Source of the DNA: Pseudodesulfovibrio mercurii
GTDB taxonomy: Bacteria > Desulfobacterota > Desulfovibrionia > Desulfovibrionales > Desulfovibrionaceae
Reading direction: 5' to 3'
Length of the DNA: 32,000 bases
NCBI RefSeq assembly: GCF_000189295.2
Contig: NC_016803.1
Location: 2,160,001-2,192,000, forward strand
Of this stretch, positions 7,141 to 15,222 are shown in pieces (the stretch's first letter is position 1; every line of letters begins with the position of its first letter). The notes below the pieces were generated by a model. That model was not told the origin of the DNA, did no database searches, and worked only from the letters and a program-made list of their open reading frames with translations. Position numbers and translations under genes: made by a program.

Positions 7141-9225
7141 ATGCGCATTCAGTTCAAGTTGTTGATTCTTCTTATGTCCATTTCTCTGATCCCCTTGCTG
7201 GTGGTCCGGACGACCATCCGGCGCGACCTGACGAAGCTGGGAGAGAATCTGGCCGAAAGGAGTGAAAATACCCTGGTGCACAAGGCGAGCACCGGGTTGC
7301 AGCGCATTGTCGAGGACCACGCCCGGGTGCTCAAGCGTGAGCGGCAGTTGCTGGAGGCGACGGCCATGCTGCTGGCTTCCCGGATCGAAGGCGTGCTGTC
7401 CGGCCACTCGCACATGCCGGAGCAGGGCGACTTCATCCCTCCGGACGTCTCGCTGGACGAGCTGGGCGCCGCCTATTTCCGCATGCATATGGGGGGCGGA
7501 CAACAACTCCTCAAGGTCGATTTTTCCCGTGTCGGGGTTCGCGGAGAACTGCCTGGTTTTGTACTGGAGAGGCTGGCGCCGCTGATCGGTACGGTGAAGT
7601 TGGAATATCCCGACCTCGTTCTCTGGACGCTGGTCGATCTGAGAGGAGGCTCGCATATCGTCTATCCCCGTGTGGACAGCACCATGCACGGCATGCGGGG
7701 CATGACTGGGCCGATGGACGCTCCGGCTCCGTTGCGTGATTCCCTGACCTGGACACTGCCCAAGGTGGACCCCATGACGGGACGAATGGCCTTTGAGGTC
7801 GTCGCCCCCATTCGCACGGCCCATGGCGAACTGCAGGGCAACCTGACCCTGGTCGTACCGGTGGACTCCATATTGAAGGAAAACCAGCATATCGGCATGT
7901 TCTCGACCCAGGCCGAATCAATGCTGGTCCGTCCGGAAAAGAATGCCGAAACCGGCGCCGTCCGGGTGCGGGTCGTGGCAAGCGAACGCAAGAGGACGGA
8001 CGCTCCCGGTCATTGGTGGGCCCCGCAGGAAAATGTATGGCTTATGTCCGACGACAAGATGCAGTTCGACATCATGACCTCCCGGATCGTGGCGTCCAGG
8101 CCGGGGGTGGTCGGCATGTCGTTCAACGGCCGAAGCGCTCTCTGGGCCTTTGCGCCCATTGATGAACGGGGGTCGGTCCTGCTTTTGATCGTGCCCAAAT
8201 CCGATATCGTCAGGGACGCCCAGGCCGCCCGAGACTACGTCGAGACCCAGGTAGAGCGGCACAGCAACACCATCGGTTACGTCGTGCTTCTCGCCGCGGT
8301 GTCGGCTCTCATTCTATCGCTCCTGCTCTCCCGAGTACTTACACGGAACATCAGCGCATTGGCCGACGCCGTCAGGAGCGTCGCCAAGGGAAATTTCGAC
8401 GTGCGCACGGCGATCCGGTCCAGGGACGAAGTGGGGCAACTGGGCTTGGCCTTTAACAGGATGATCCCGGAGCTCAAGGAACGGGTCAACCTGAAGAACG
8501 CTCTCGAAGTCGCGCAGGAGGTGCAGCAGAGCCTGCTCCCCTCGGAGTCTCCGGCGTTCCCCGGAGTCGATGTCGCGGCCACCAGCTCCTATTGTGACGA
8601 GACCGGCGGCGACTATTACGGCTTCATACCCCGATCCACCGATGCCGGCGACGGCCTGGTCGTGGCCGTGGGCGACGTCAGCGGCCACGGCATGCAGGCC
8701 GCGTTGCTCATGGCCTCCGTCCGCGCCTATCTGCGCAGCCAACTCCACGGGGGAGCCGGCCTGGACGAGGCCGTAACCCGCGTCAACGAGTTGATCTCGG
8801 ACGATGTGGAGGGGACCGGCCGGTTCATGACCCTTTTTCTGCTGGAGTTGGTCAACGGGGGAGCGCGATGGGTTCGAGCCGGGCACGACCCCGCCATGCT
8901 CTATGATCCCGAAACCGATGCGTTCGAAGACCTGCAGGGCGACGGCCTGCCCCTGGGGGTCACGCACGACGTCACATTCGAGGTGGGCAGCCGGGAAGAT
9001 CTCAGGCCCGGCCAATGCATCGTCATCGGTACGGACGGCATCTGGGAGATGCAGTCCGAGTCCGGAGAGATGTTCGGCAAGGAACGGCTGAAGGAAGTCA
9101 TCCGGCAGGGAGTCGGCGACACCTCGGCCCAACTGATCGGGCGGCTTGTCGAGGCCCTGGATGCCTTTCGCGGAAACGCCGGTCAGTTGGACGACATGAC
9201 CATCGCGGTAGTGAAGATATCGTAG
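7141..9225 (+). CDS. Membrane sensor protein phosphatase: periplasmic Cache-like domain, HAMP, PP2C/SpoIIE domain
   Basis: 694-aa ORF. It has an N-terminal TM, a ~350-aa extracytoplasmic region and a second TM (IGYVVLLAAVSALILSLLLS). The HAMP segment is RNISALADAVRSVAKGNFDVRTAIRSRDEVGQLGLAFNRM. SpoIIE-type motifs are GGDYYGF, VAVGDVSGHG, GTDGIWE and DDMTIAVVKI. GAGG RBS present. Confidence 0.92.
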   Translation: MRIQFKLLILLMSISLIPLLVVRTTIRRDLTKLGENLAERSENTLVHKASTGLQRIVEDHARVLKRERQLLEATAMLLASRIEGVLSGHSHMPEQGDFIPPDVSLDELGAAYFRMHMGGGQQLLKVDFSRVGVRGELPGFVLERLAPLIGTVKLEYPDLVLWTLVDLRGGSHIVYPRVDSTMHGMRGMTGPMDAPAPLRDSLTWTLPKVDPMTGRMAFEVVAPIRTAHGELQGNLTLVVPVDSILKENQHIGMFSTQAESMLVRPEKNAETGAVRVRVVASERKRTDAPGHWWAPQENVWLMSDDKMQFDIMTSRIVASRPGVVGMSFNGRSALWAFAPIDERGSVLLLIVPKSDIVRDAQAARDYVETQVERHSNTIGYVVLLAAVSALILSLLLSRVLTRNISALADAVRSVAKGNFDVRTAIRSRDEVGQLGLAFNRMIPELKERVNLKNALEVAQEVQQSLLPSESPAFPGVDVAATSSYCDETGGDYYGFIPRSTDAGDGLVVAVGDVSGHGMQAALLMASVRAYLRSQLHGGAGLDEAVTRVNELISDDVEGTGRFMTLFLLELVNGGARWVRAGHDPAMLYDPETDAFEDLQGDGLPLGVTHDVTFEVGSREDLRPGQCIVIGTDGIWEMQSESGEMFGKERLKEVIRQGVGDTSAQLIGRLVEALDAFRGNAGQLDDMTIAVVKIS

Positions 9226-9329
9226 GTCCGGAGTCCGAGTGTACGGTCCGGGGTGGAGTGGCGCGGCCTCCCCCACCCCTCTTCATCCGCACGTCACCCC
9301 GCGTCCGCACGCCCCCGCCGAAGGCACAC

Positions 9330-9444
9330 AAAAAGTTTGGGAGCGTCCAGAGAACCCTTTCCAAAGGGTTCTTTGGTCCCCCCGAAGGGGCCGCCGGAGG
9401 CATTCCCCGCTCACGCCCGCCCGGCGAGGGCCCGCCGGAGGCAT
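9330..9444 (-). repeat. Diverged partial copy (C) of the intergenic repeat family, inverted relative to copies A and B
   Basis: The reverse complement aligns with the first ~100 nt of copies A/B. GGCCGCCGGAGGCATT (9389-9404) is the reverse complement of the AATGCCTCCGGCGGCC terminus, and it is duplicated at 9429-9444. Palindrome AGAACCCTTTccAAAGGGTTCT (9351-9372) replaces hairpin 1. AAAAAGTTTGG (9330-9340) is shared. Confidence 0.6.
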
Positions 9445-9472
9445 CCCCCGGCCACCCGTCGGCCCGGCGGGA

Positions 9473-10030
9473 TCAATCCAGCGAGACGTGGGGGCTGGTG
9501 GCCTGGACGAGGTCGAGGCCGGCGGTCCGGGGGGGCTGGTTGAGGGTCAGGGTCTGGCGTCGGGGCTGGGTGGCCTGGAGGAAGGCCATGCGGCGCAGTT
9601 CGAGGCGCTCGAACCGGGTCCGGCGTTGGCCGAGGAGGTTTTCGATGCGTTTGCGGCGGGCCTGTTCGGACAGGCCCGGGTCCTGGTCGGCGGGCGATTC
9701 GGGGGTTGCGGCCTCGGCGACCTGGACGGGCTGGGGTCCGGCGGGTTCGGCCTGGAGGTAGTCGGGCAGCTCGAAGGCCTCGCCGCTGACCATGGCGTTG
9801 TACTTGGCCTCGAGGACCTGGTCGGGGGTCTTGTCGTTGGCCGCGTATTCGTAGGTGTATTCGCCGATGGTGTAGGCGGTGGACACGTATTGCAGGGGCG
9901 TGAACGCCACCCCGCCCACGCTCAGGAGCGGGGCGACCACGGCGCAACCGGACAGCGGTCCGGCCGCGAACAGCACGAGGAACGCGTACAGGACCGTTTT
10001 GACGGACAGGGTCTGTGCAACCGATTTCAT
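9473..10030 (-). CDS. Hypothetical lipoprotein
   Basis: In-frame ATG at 10030 gives MKSVAQTLSVKTVLYAFLVLFAAGPLSGC (lipobox LSGC). The track start at 10129 adds a non-signal-like extension. No recognisable functional domain. Confidence 0.7.
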   Translation of the reverse strand: MKSVAQTLSVKTVLYAFLVLFAAGPLSGCAVVAPLLSVGGVAFTPLQYVSTAYTIGEYTYEYAANDKTPDQVLEAKYNAMVSGEAFELPDYLQAEPAGPQPVQVAEAATPESPADQDPGLSEQARRKRIENLLGQRRTRFERLELRRMAFLQATQPRRQTLTLNQPPRTAGLDLVQATSPHVSLD

Positions 10031-10325
10031 GGACTCTCCAGTCACTGCGAACTGTCCACGCATGCCCCCCCAGGCTTGGCAACACGGCGCAAGCATACAG
10101 CATTTCTCGACGCCGGACAATATTTGCAAAATATTTTAGCCGGTTGCCGCATGCCGCTTTGCCTGCGCAAAATATCTTAATAATATCGAGAAATTATCTA
10201 GACTTTTTAGGCCGACGAAAAGGCCGGTTTTTGTCCGGGCGCGAAAAAAATGTGGCCCGGAATCATTGAAAAAACTGCGCGGCAAGGGGCACGGCCGCCT
10301 TTACCTGGGCTGTCCAAAGAGGTAA

Positions 10326-11621
10326 TTGACGGTGCGTATGGAACAGGAACAGCCCAAGAAACGGACCCGGTCCAGGCTGGCGGCTCTGCCCCTGGCCGTG
10401 GCCTGTGCGGCGGTGCCCGTGGGGACGCTGCTGTCGAGGTTCGCCGGGCCGGGGCCGGAGAGTTCGCCGTTCCTGCCCTGGGTCATCCTGGCGGCCCTGG
10501 GCACGGTGCACGCCATATTGTTCCGGCGGTCCGGGCAGCGGCTGCGGGCCCGCTTCTTCGCCGAGCTGTGCATGTTCGCCGCGCTGTCGGCCGTGGTCGT
10601 CCTCTACCACCGCGACATCCTGTATCAATTGGAGAATTTCACGCCCATCGTGCCCGAACTGGTCCCGGTGATCATGCTCGGCTTCTGCGGGCTGTGGGTC
10701 CTGACCTTCGGCCAGCCCGACCGGGCGGCCTTCCAGCGCTGGGGCTCGGTCCTCGGGCTGCTCTGCGTGGCGGACCTGGCCGTGGAGGTGTTCATCTACC
10801 GGGCCGCGCCGTCGGTGCGCTGGATCGGGGACGCGGACCTGCTGGCCGGGCTGCTGCTGGTCTGCCTGTGCGCCTCGCTCAGGCCGGGTCCGGCCGAGGG
10901 CGGGCTGTACGAGCCGGACCAGGGCAAGCGCATCTACCGGGTGCTGATCCTGGCCGGGCTGCTGGCCACCCTGTCGCGCACCGGGCTGTTCGCGGCCGGG
11001 TGGATCTACCTCTGTTTCGGCCGGGGCGGACGGTGGTTCCGCACCGGGGTGTTCATGGCCTGCCTCGCGGGTCTGGCCGTGAGCTTCCGGCTGCCGTTCA
11101 CGCCCTCGGACCTGGGCCGGTACGTGGACTACTGGCTGTGGGCCAAGTCCCTGGCCCTGTTCTCGCGCGAACCCGGTCTGCTCATTGCCGGGCTGCCCCT
11201 GGACCAGGCCCTGCCCTTCACCTTCCCGCCCGACATGGCCCCCATCTGGGAGCGGGTCACGGGCACGCCCACCCTGTTCGGCGCGTATCTGAGCCAGGTG
11301 CAGTCCTTCTGGCTGCGCTTCCTCCTGGGCTGGGGGGCAATCCTGCCCGTGGCCTGCCTGGTCGCGCTCTTCGTCCTGGTCTTCCGGCGGCTGACGCGCA
11401 TGGGCGCGAGCCTGGCCGCCGCCCTGTTCATCCAGGGCATGTCCACGCCGCTCCTGTACGAACCGTCCACCGGGGCCATGGCCGGGCTGGGCCTGTTCCT
11501 GGCCCTGTCCGTGTACCGGGCCGCGCCCCTGGCCGGGCCGGACGGGACGCGATCCCCCGACCCGACCGACGCCCGCCCCGAAGACGATCTGGTTCGCGAG
11601 TGGGACCTGAAACCGCTCTAG
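10326..11621 (+). CDS. Polytopic membrane protein, O-antigen ligase (Wzy_C)-like
   Basis: 431-aa ORF with about 10 hydrophobic segments. The LLATLSRTGLFAAGWIYL motif resembles the SRTG-containing core of O-antigen ligase family proteins. The functional call is tentative. Confidence 0.6.
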   Translation: MTVRMEQEQPKKRTRSRLAALPLAVACAAVPVGTLLSRFAGPGPESSPFLPWVILAALGTVHAILFRRSGQRLRARFFAELCMFAALSAVVVLYHRDILYQLENFTPIVPELVPVIMLGFCGLWVLTFGQPDRAAFQRWGSVLGLLCVADLAVEVFIYRAAPSVRWIGDADLLAGLLLVCLCASLRPGPAEGGLYEPDQGKRIYRVLILAGLLATLSRTGLFAAGWIYLCFGRGGRWFRTGVFMACLAGLAVSFRLPFTPSDLGRYVDYWLWAKSLALFSREPGLLIAGLPLDQALPFTFPPDMAPIWERVTGTPTLFGAYLSQVQSFWLRFLLGWGAILPVACLVALFVLVFRRLTRMGASLAAALFIQGMSTPLLYEPSTGAMAGLGLFLALSVYRAAPLAGPDGTRSPDPTDARPEDDLVREWDLKPL

Positions 11622-11634
11622 CCCCGAGGCATCC

Positions 11635-12819
11635 ATGACGAAATTTTCCGACACGGCCCCGATCCTGGTCACCTGCCCCAGGGACATGCCCGAGTACCTG
11701 CACGGCGAGCTGACCGGGCTGGGCTTCTCCCAGGCCACGCCCCTGGACGCGGGCGTGGAGGTGCGCGGCTCGCTGAACGACTGCATGCGCCTGAACCTGT
11801 GGGTGCGCACGGGCCACCGGGTGCTCTTCGAGCTGAAGCGGTTCCGGGCCTTTGACGCGGACGAGCTGTACCGCGAGGTCAAGGCCATTCCCTGGGAAGC
11901 GTACATCCCGGCGGACGGGTATTTCCGGGTGGACGCGTCCATCCGCGACACCACGGTCAACGACGCGCGCTTCGCCGGGCTGCGGGTCAAGGACGCGGTG
12001 GCCGACCGCTTCACCGAGCGCACCGGGTCGCGGCCGGACTCCGGGCCGGAGACCAGCGGGGTCTGCCTGTTCCTGCACTGGCGCGAGAACCGGGCGACCC
12101 TGTACCTGGACACCACGGGCGAGCCGCTGCCCCGGCGCGGCTACCGCAAGCGGCCGCACAAGGCCCCCATGCAGGAGACCCTGGCCGCGGCCTGCATCCT
12201 GGCCGCGAACTGGCCCGAGCTGGCCCGTCAGGGCGGCCACTTCATCGCGCCCATGTGCGGGTCCGGGACCCTGGCCATCGAGGCCGCGCTCATGGCCATG
12301 AACGGCGCGCCCGGCCTGCTGCGCGACGACTTCGCCTTCACGCACGTGGTCGGCTACGACCCGGACGCCTGGGACGACCTGCTCGGCGCGGCCGAGGACG
12401 CGGAGGTCCCGGAGATCAAGGGACGGATCATCGCCACGGACCACGACCCGGCGGCCATCGAGGCGGCCCGCGACAACGCCCGGCTGGCCGGGGTGGGCGA
12501 CTTCATCGAGTTCGCGGTCTGCGACTTCACCCGGACCGAAGTACCCGAGGGACCGGGCGTGGTCATGCTCAACCCGGAGTACGGCAAGCGGCTGGGCGAC
12601 CAGGCCGAACTCAAGGCCGTCTACCGGGCCATCGGCGATTTCTTCAAGCAGCGCTGCGGCGGCAAGTCCGGGTTCATCTTCACCGGCAACATGGACCTGG
12701 CCAAGTGCGTGGGCTTGCGCACCAAGCGCCGCCGCGTCTTCTGGAACGCCAAGATCGAGTGCCGCCTGCTCGAATACGAGCTGTACGCCGGGACGCGCAA
12801 GGGCGACGGCCAGGACTAG
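11635..12819 (+). CDS. THUMP-domain class I SAM-dependent RNA methyltransferase (RlmL/UPF0020-type)
   Basis: 394-aa ORF with an N-terminal THUMP-like region, SAM motif I APMCGSGTLAIEAA and motif IV MLNPEYG (an NPPY variant). Confidence 0.9.
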   Translation: MTKFSDTAPILVTCPRDMPEYLHGELTGLGFSQATPLDAGVEVRGSLNDCMRLNLWVRTGHRVLFELKRFRAFDADELYREVKAIPWEAYIPADGYFRVDASIRDTTVNDARFAGLRVKDAVADRFTERTGSRPDSGPETSGVCLFLHWRENRATLYLDTTGEPLPRRGYRKRPHKAPMQETLAAACILAANWPELARQGGHFIAPMCGSGTLAIEAALMAMNGAPGLLRDDFAFTHVVGYDPDAWDDLLGAAEDAEVPEIKGRIIATDHDPAAIEAARDNARLAGVGDFIEFAVCDFTRTEVPEGPGVVMLNPEYGKRLGDQAELKAVYRAIGDFFKQRCGGKSGFIFTGNMDLAKCVGLRTKRRRVFWNAKIECRLLEYELYAGTRKGDGQD

Positions 12820-12936
12820 CCGGTCCCCGCGACGGACGCGACACCTCCGCCATCGTCCCTCCCGAGGACGGGGTTCGGGAAAAACAGGGGCCGGGGGGTG
12901 GATAATTCGGGGGTTCGCGCGTATATCCTGCCGACC

Positions 12937-13821
12937 ATGAAGGAATCCCCGACCTACACCTACGTCCTGCTGGTCGTCAGCATGATGCTCTGGGGCGGCA
13001 CCTGGGTGGCCGGGCGCGTCCTGGCCCAGTCCGTGCACCCCATGACCGCGGCCCTGCTGCGCTTCGGCCTGGCCTCGATCATCCTGCTGTACATGTGCCG
13101 ACGGGCCGAGGGGCGCTGGCCGCGGCTCCGGCGCGACCAGATCCTGCCCGTGACCTTCCTCGGGGCCACCGGGGTCTTCGCCTACAGCTATTTCTTCTTC
13201 ACCGGCCTGCAAAGCATCCCCGCCGGGCGGGCCGCCCTGATCGTGGCCTGCACCCCGGTGTGCATCGCCCTGATCTCGGCCCTGTTCTGCGGCGAGAGGT
13301 TCGGGCCTTTGCGCATCCTCGGGGCCCTCGTCTCCCTGGTGGGCGTGTCCGTGGTCATCGCCGACGGCAATCCCCTGGCCCTGCTGTCCGGGGGCGTCAG
13401 CCGGGGCGACTTCATGATCCTCGGCTGCGTGGCCAGCTGGACCGCCTACACCATGGGCGGGCGCGCGGTCATGAAGCGGCTGCCCCCGCTCTCGTCCGTG
13501 GCCTGGTCGAGCTTCACCGGGACCCTCATGCTCCTGCCCGCCGCCCTGGCCCAGGGGCTCATCGCGGACCTCGGCCGCGTCCGGCCCGTGGACTGGGGAT
13601 GCGTGGTCTTCCTCGGCTTCCTGGCCACGGCCCTGGCCTATTACTGGTACTACCGGGCCATCAGCGTCATCGGCGCGTCCAGGGCGGGCATCTTCATCAA
13701 CATGGTCCCGGCCTTCGCCGTGCTGACCGGCTTCCTGGTCCTGGGCGAACCCGTGCATCTCTCCCTGGGCGTGGGCGGGGCCATGGTCATCACCGGCGTG
13801 TACCTGACCAACCGGGCCTGA
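12937..13821 (+). CDS. DMT-superfamily (EamA) transporter
   Basis: Ten hydrophobic helices forming two EamA halves. I prefer the start at MKESPTYTYVLLVV (12937); the track ATG at 12898 is also possible. Confidence 0.88.
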   Translation: MKESPTYTYVLLVVSMMLWGGTWVAGRVLAQSVHPMTAALLRFGLASIILLYMCRRAEGRWPRLRRDQILPVTFLGATGVFAYSYFFFTGLQSIPAGRAALIVACTPVCIALISALFCGERFGPLRILGALVSLVGVSVVIADGNPLALLSGGVSRGDFMILGCVASWTAYTMGGRAVMKRLPPLSSVAWSSFTGTLMLLPAALAQGLIADLGRVRPVDWGCVVFLGFLATALAYYWYYRAISVIGASRAGIFINMVPAFAVLTGFLVLGEPVHLSLGVGGAMVITGVYLTNRA

Positions 13822-13901
13822 TCCCCGGGCCCGACCGGCCCCGCGCCCCGTTGCCAACACCGCGCCCATGGCGCATACTCGTCTTTCCCAAGGAGGACCG
13901 C

Positions 13902-14111
13902 ATGGACGACAGGATAGAACGGCTGGAGAGCCTCATCGCCCTCCAGGACCGGACCATGGAGAAACTGAGCGACCAGCTCTTCGACCAGCAGAAGCAGATC
14001 GATGACCTGACCCGGCTCGTGGAGCGGCTGGCCCGCAAGGTCCGGGCCATGGACGAGGAGATGGAACACGCCGGACCGGTGGACGTGCCGCCGCCGCACT
14101 ACAACGGCTAG
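13902..14111 (+). CDS. slyX: SlyX-family coiled-coil protein
   Basis: 69 aa: MDDRIERLESLIALQDRTMEKLSDQLFDQQKQIDDLTRLVERLARKV. This is the classic SlyX pattern. It is embedded in a longer spurious track ORF (13095-14111). Confidence 0.85.
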   Translation: MDDRIERLESLIALQDRTMEKLSDQLFDQQKQIDDLTRLVERLARKVRAMDEEMEHAGPVDVPPPHYNG

Positions 14112-14115
14112 CCCC

Positions 14116-14625
14116 ATGTCACCCACCGCCAGGGAAATCATCGAGTGCCTGGGCCTGACGCCCCACCCCGAGGAGGGCGGCTGGTTCCGGGAGACCCACC
14201 GGGCCGACGAGACCCTTCCCCAAGAGGTCCTGCCCTCCCGCTACGACGGCCCCCGCCGCCACGGCACGGCCATCTACTACCTGCTCACCCCCGAGACGTA
14301 CTCGCACATGCACCGCCTGCAATCCGACGAGACCTTCCACTTCTACGCGGGCGGGCCGTGCCGCATGCTCCAGCTCCACCCGGACGGGTCGGGCGAGACC
14401 CTGGTCCTGGGCAACGACGTCCTCGCCGGACAACGCCCGCAGATCACGGTCCCTCGCGGCTCCTGGCAGGGACTGCGTCTGCTGCCGGGCGCGGACTTCG
14501 CGCTCATGGGCTGCACCGTCTCCCCCGGCTTCGAATACGCGGACTACGCCCACGGCCTCCGGGCCGACCTGGCCGCGCGCTACCCGGACTTCCGGGATGA
14601 GATTCTTTTGCTGACCGCCCCTTAG
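14116..14625 (+). CDS. Cupin-fold protein (DUF985 family)
   Basis: 169 aa. The pattern LGLTPHPEGGWFRETHR...TAIYYLL...HMHRLQSDETFHFYAG...WQG is typical of DUF985 cupins. Confidence 0.85.
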   Translation: MSPTAREIIECLGLTPHPEEGGWFRETHRADETLPQEVLPSRYDGPRRHGTAIYYLLTPETYSHMHRLQSDETFHFYAGGPCRMLQLHPDGSGETLVLGNDVLAGQRPQITVPRGSWQGLRLLPGADFALMGCTVSPGFEYADYAHGLRADLAARYPDFRDEILLLTAP

Positions 14626-14706
14626 GGGGAACAATCAGAAATTCATTGCCGCTGCGCGGCGATTGTCGGGCGACTTGATTCGCCACCGACGATCCGTCGT
14701 GGAAGG

Positions 14707-14734
14707 GGGTGCGCCCCCCGGAAGGGACGCACCC
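14707..14734. terminator. GC-rich hairpin between convergent genes (possible bidirectional terminator)
   Basis: GGGTGCGCCCC-ccggaa-GGGACGCACCC: 11-bp stem with one mismatch and no clear U-tract on either strand. Confidence 0.35.
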
Positions 14735-14775
14735 GGTCGAGGTGGGAAGATGGGGATGGCTGCGGGATTCGTTGC

Positions 14776-15210
14776 CTAGGCTCCGGGCATCTCGGGCCAG
14801 GTCACGACGGCCGGGAACCCGGCCTGCTGGGGCACGTCGCGCAGGGACTGGCGAACGGCCGCCCAGGCCGCCTTCTCCCCGTCGGTCAAGGGGGTGTCGG
14901 CCAGCTGGGTCCAGTCGCTCGCGACAAGCAGCCGGTCGCGCTCCATGCGCATCGCCTCGGCCTCGGCCGCGTCCCGGGCCGCCTCGTCCACCACGGCGCT
15001 GACCGCCGTCTCCCGGCAGACCAGGTCCTCGCCCTTGACCCACTCGGTCTGGTAGACGGTGAACGGCGCGCGCTTGAGGGGCATGGCCTCGTTGTAGCCC
15101 AGCTCGTCGCGCTGGGCCGGGGTCAGGTCCGCGAAGTCGCGGACGTAGCCGTCGTATTCGACGCGGGCCGGGGGCGTCCGCCGGATGGTTCCGTCATTGT
15201 ATCTCCACAT
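14776..15210 (-). CDS. Phage tail-fibre assembly chaperone
   Basis: 144 aa. The C-terminal pattern RDRLLVASDWTQLADTPLTDGEKAAWAAVRQSLRDVPQQAGFPAVVTWPEMP matches the conserved tail assembly chaperone signature (SDW...W..YRQ.LRD.P...GFP..I.WP). AAGGAG RBS present. Confidence 0.85.
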   Translation of the reverse strand: MWRYNDGTIRRTPPARVEYDGYVRDFADLTPAQRDELGYNEAMPLKRAPFTVYQTEWVKGEDLVCRETAVSAVVDEAARDAAEAEAMRMERDRLLVASDWTQLADTPLTDGEKAAWAAVRQSLRDVPQQAGFPAVVTWPEMPGA

Positions 15211-15222
15211 GATGATGCTCCT

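Noticed and set aside
10263-13869. Minus-strand ORFs of 617 aa (10263-12116) and 813 aa (11428-13869), plus alternative plus-frame ORFs (10250-11638, 12255-12905, 13095-14111 upstream part).
   Set aside because: They are Pro/Arg/Gly-rich with no domains. They overlap well-supported plus-strand genes (membrane protein, THUMP methyltransferase, EamA transporter).
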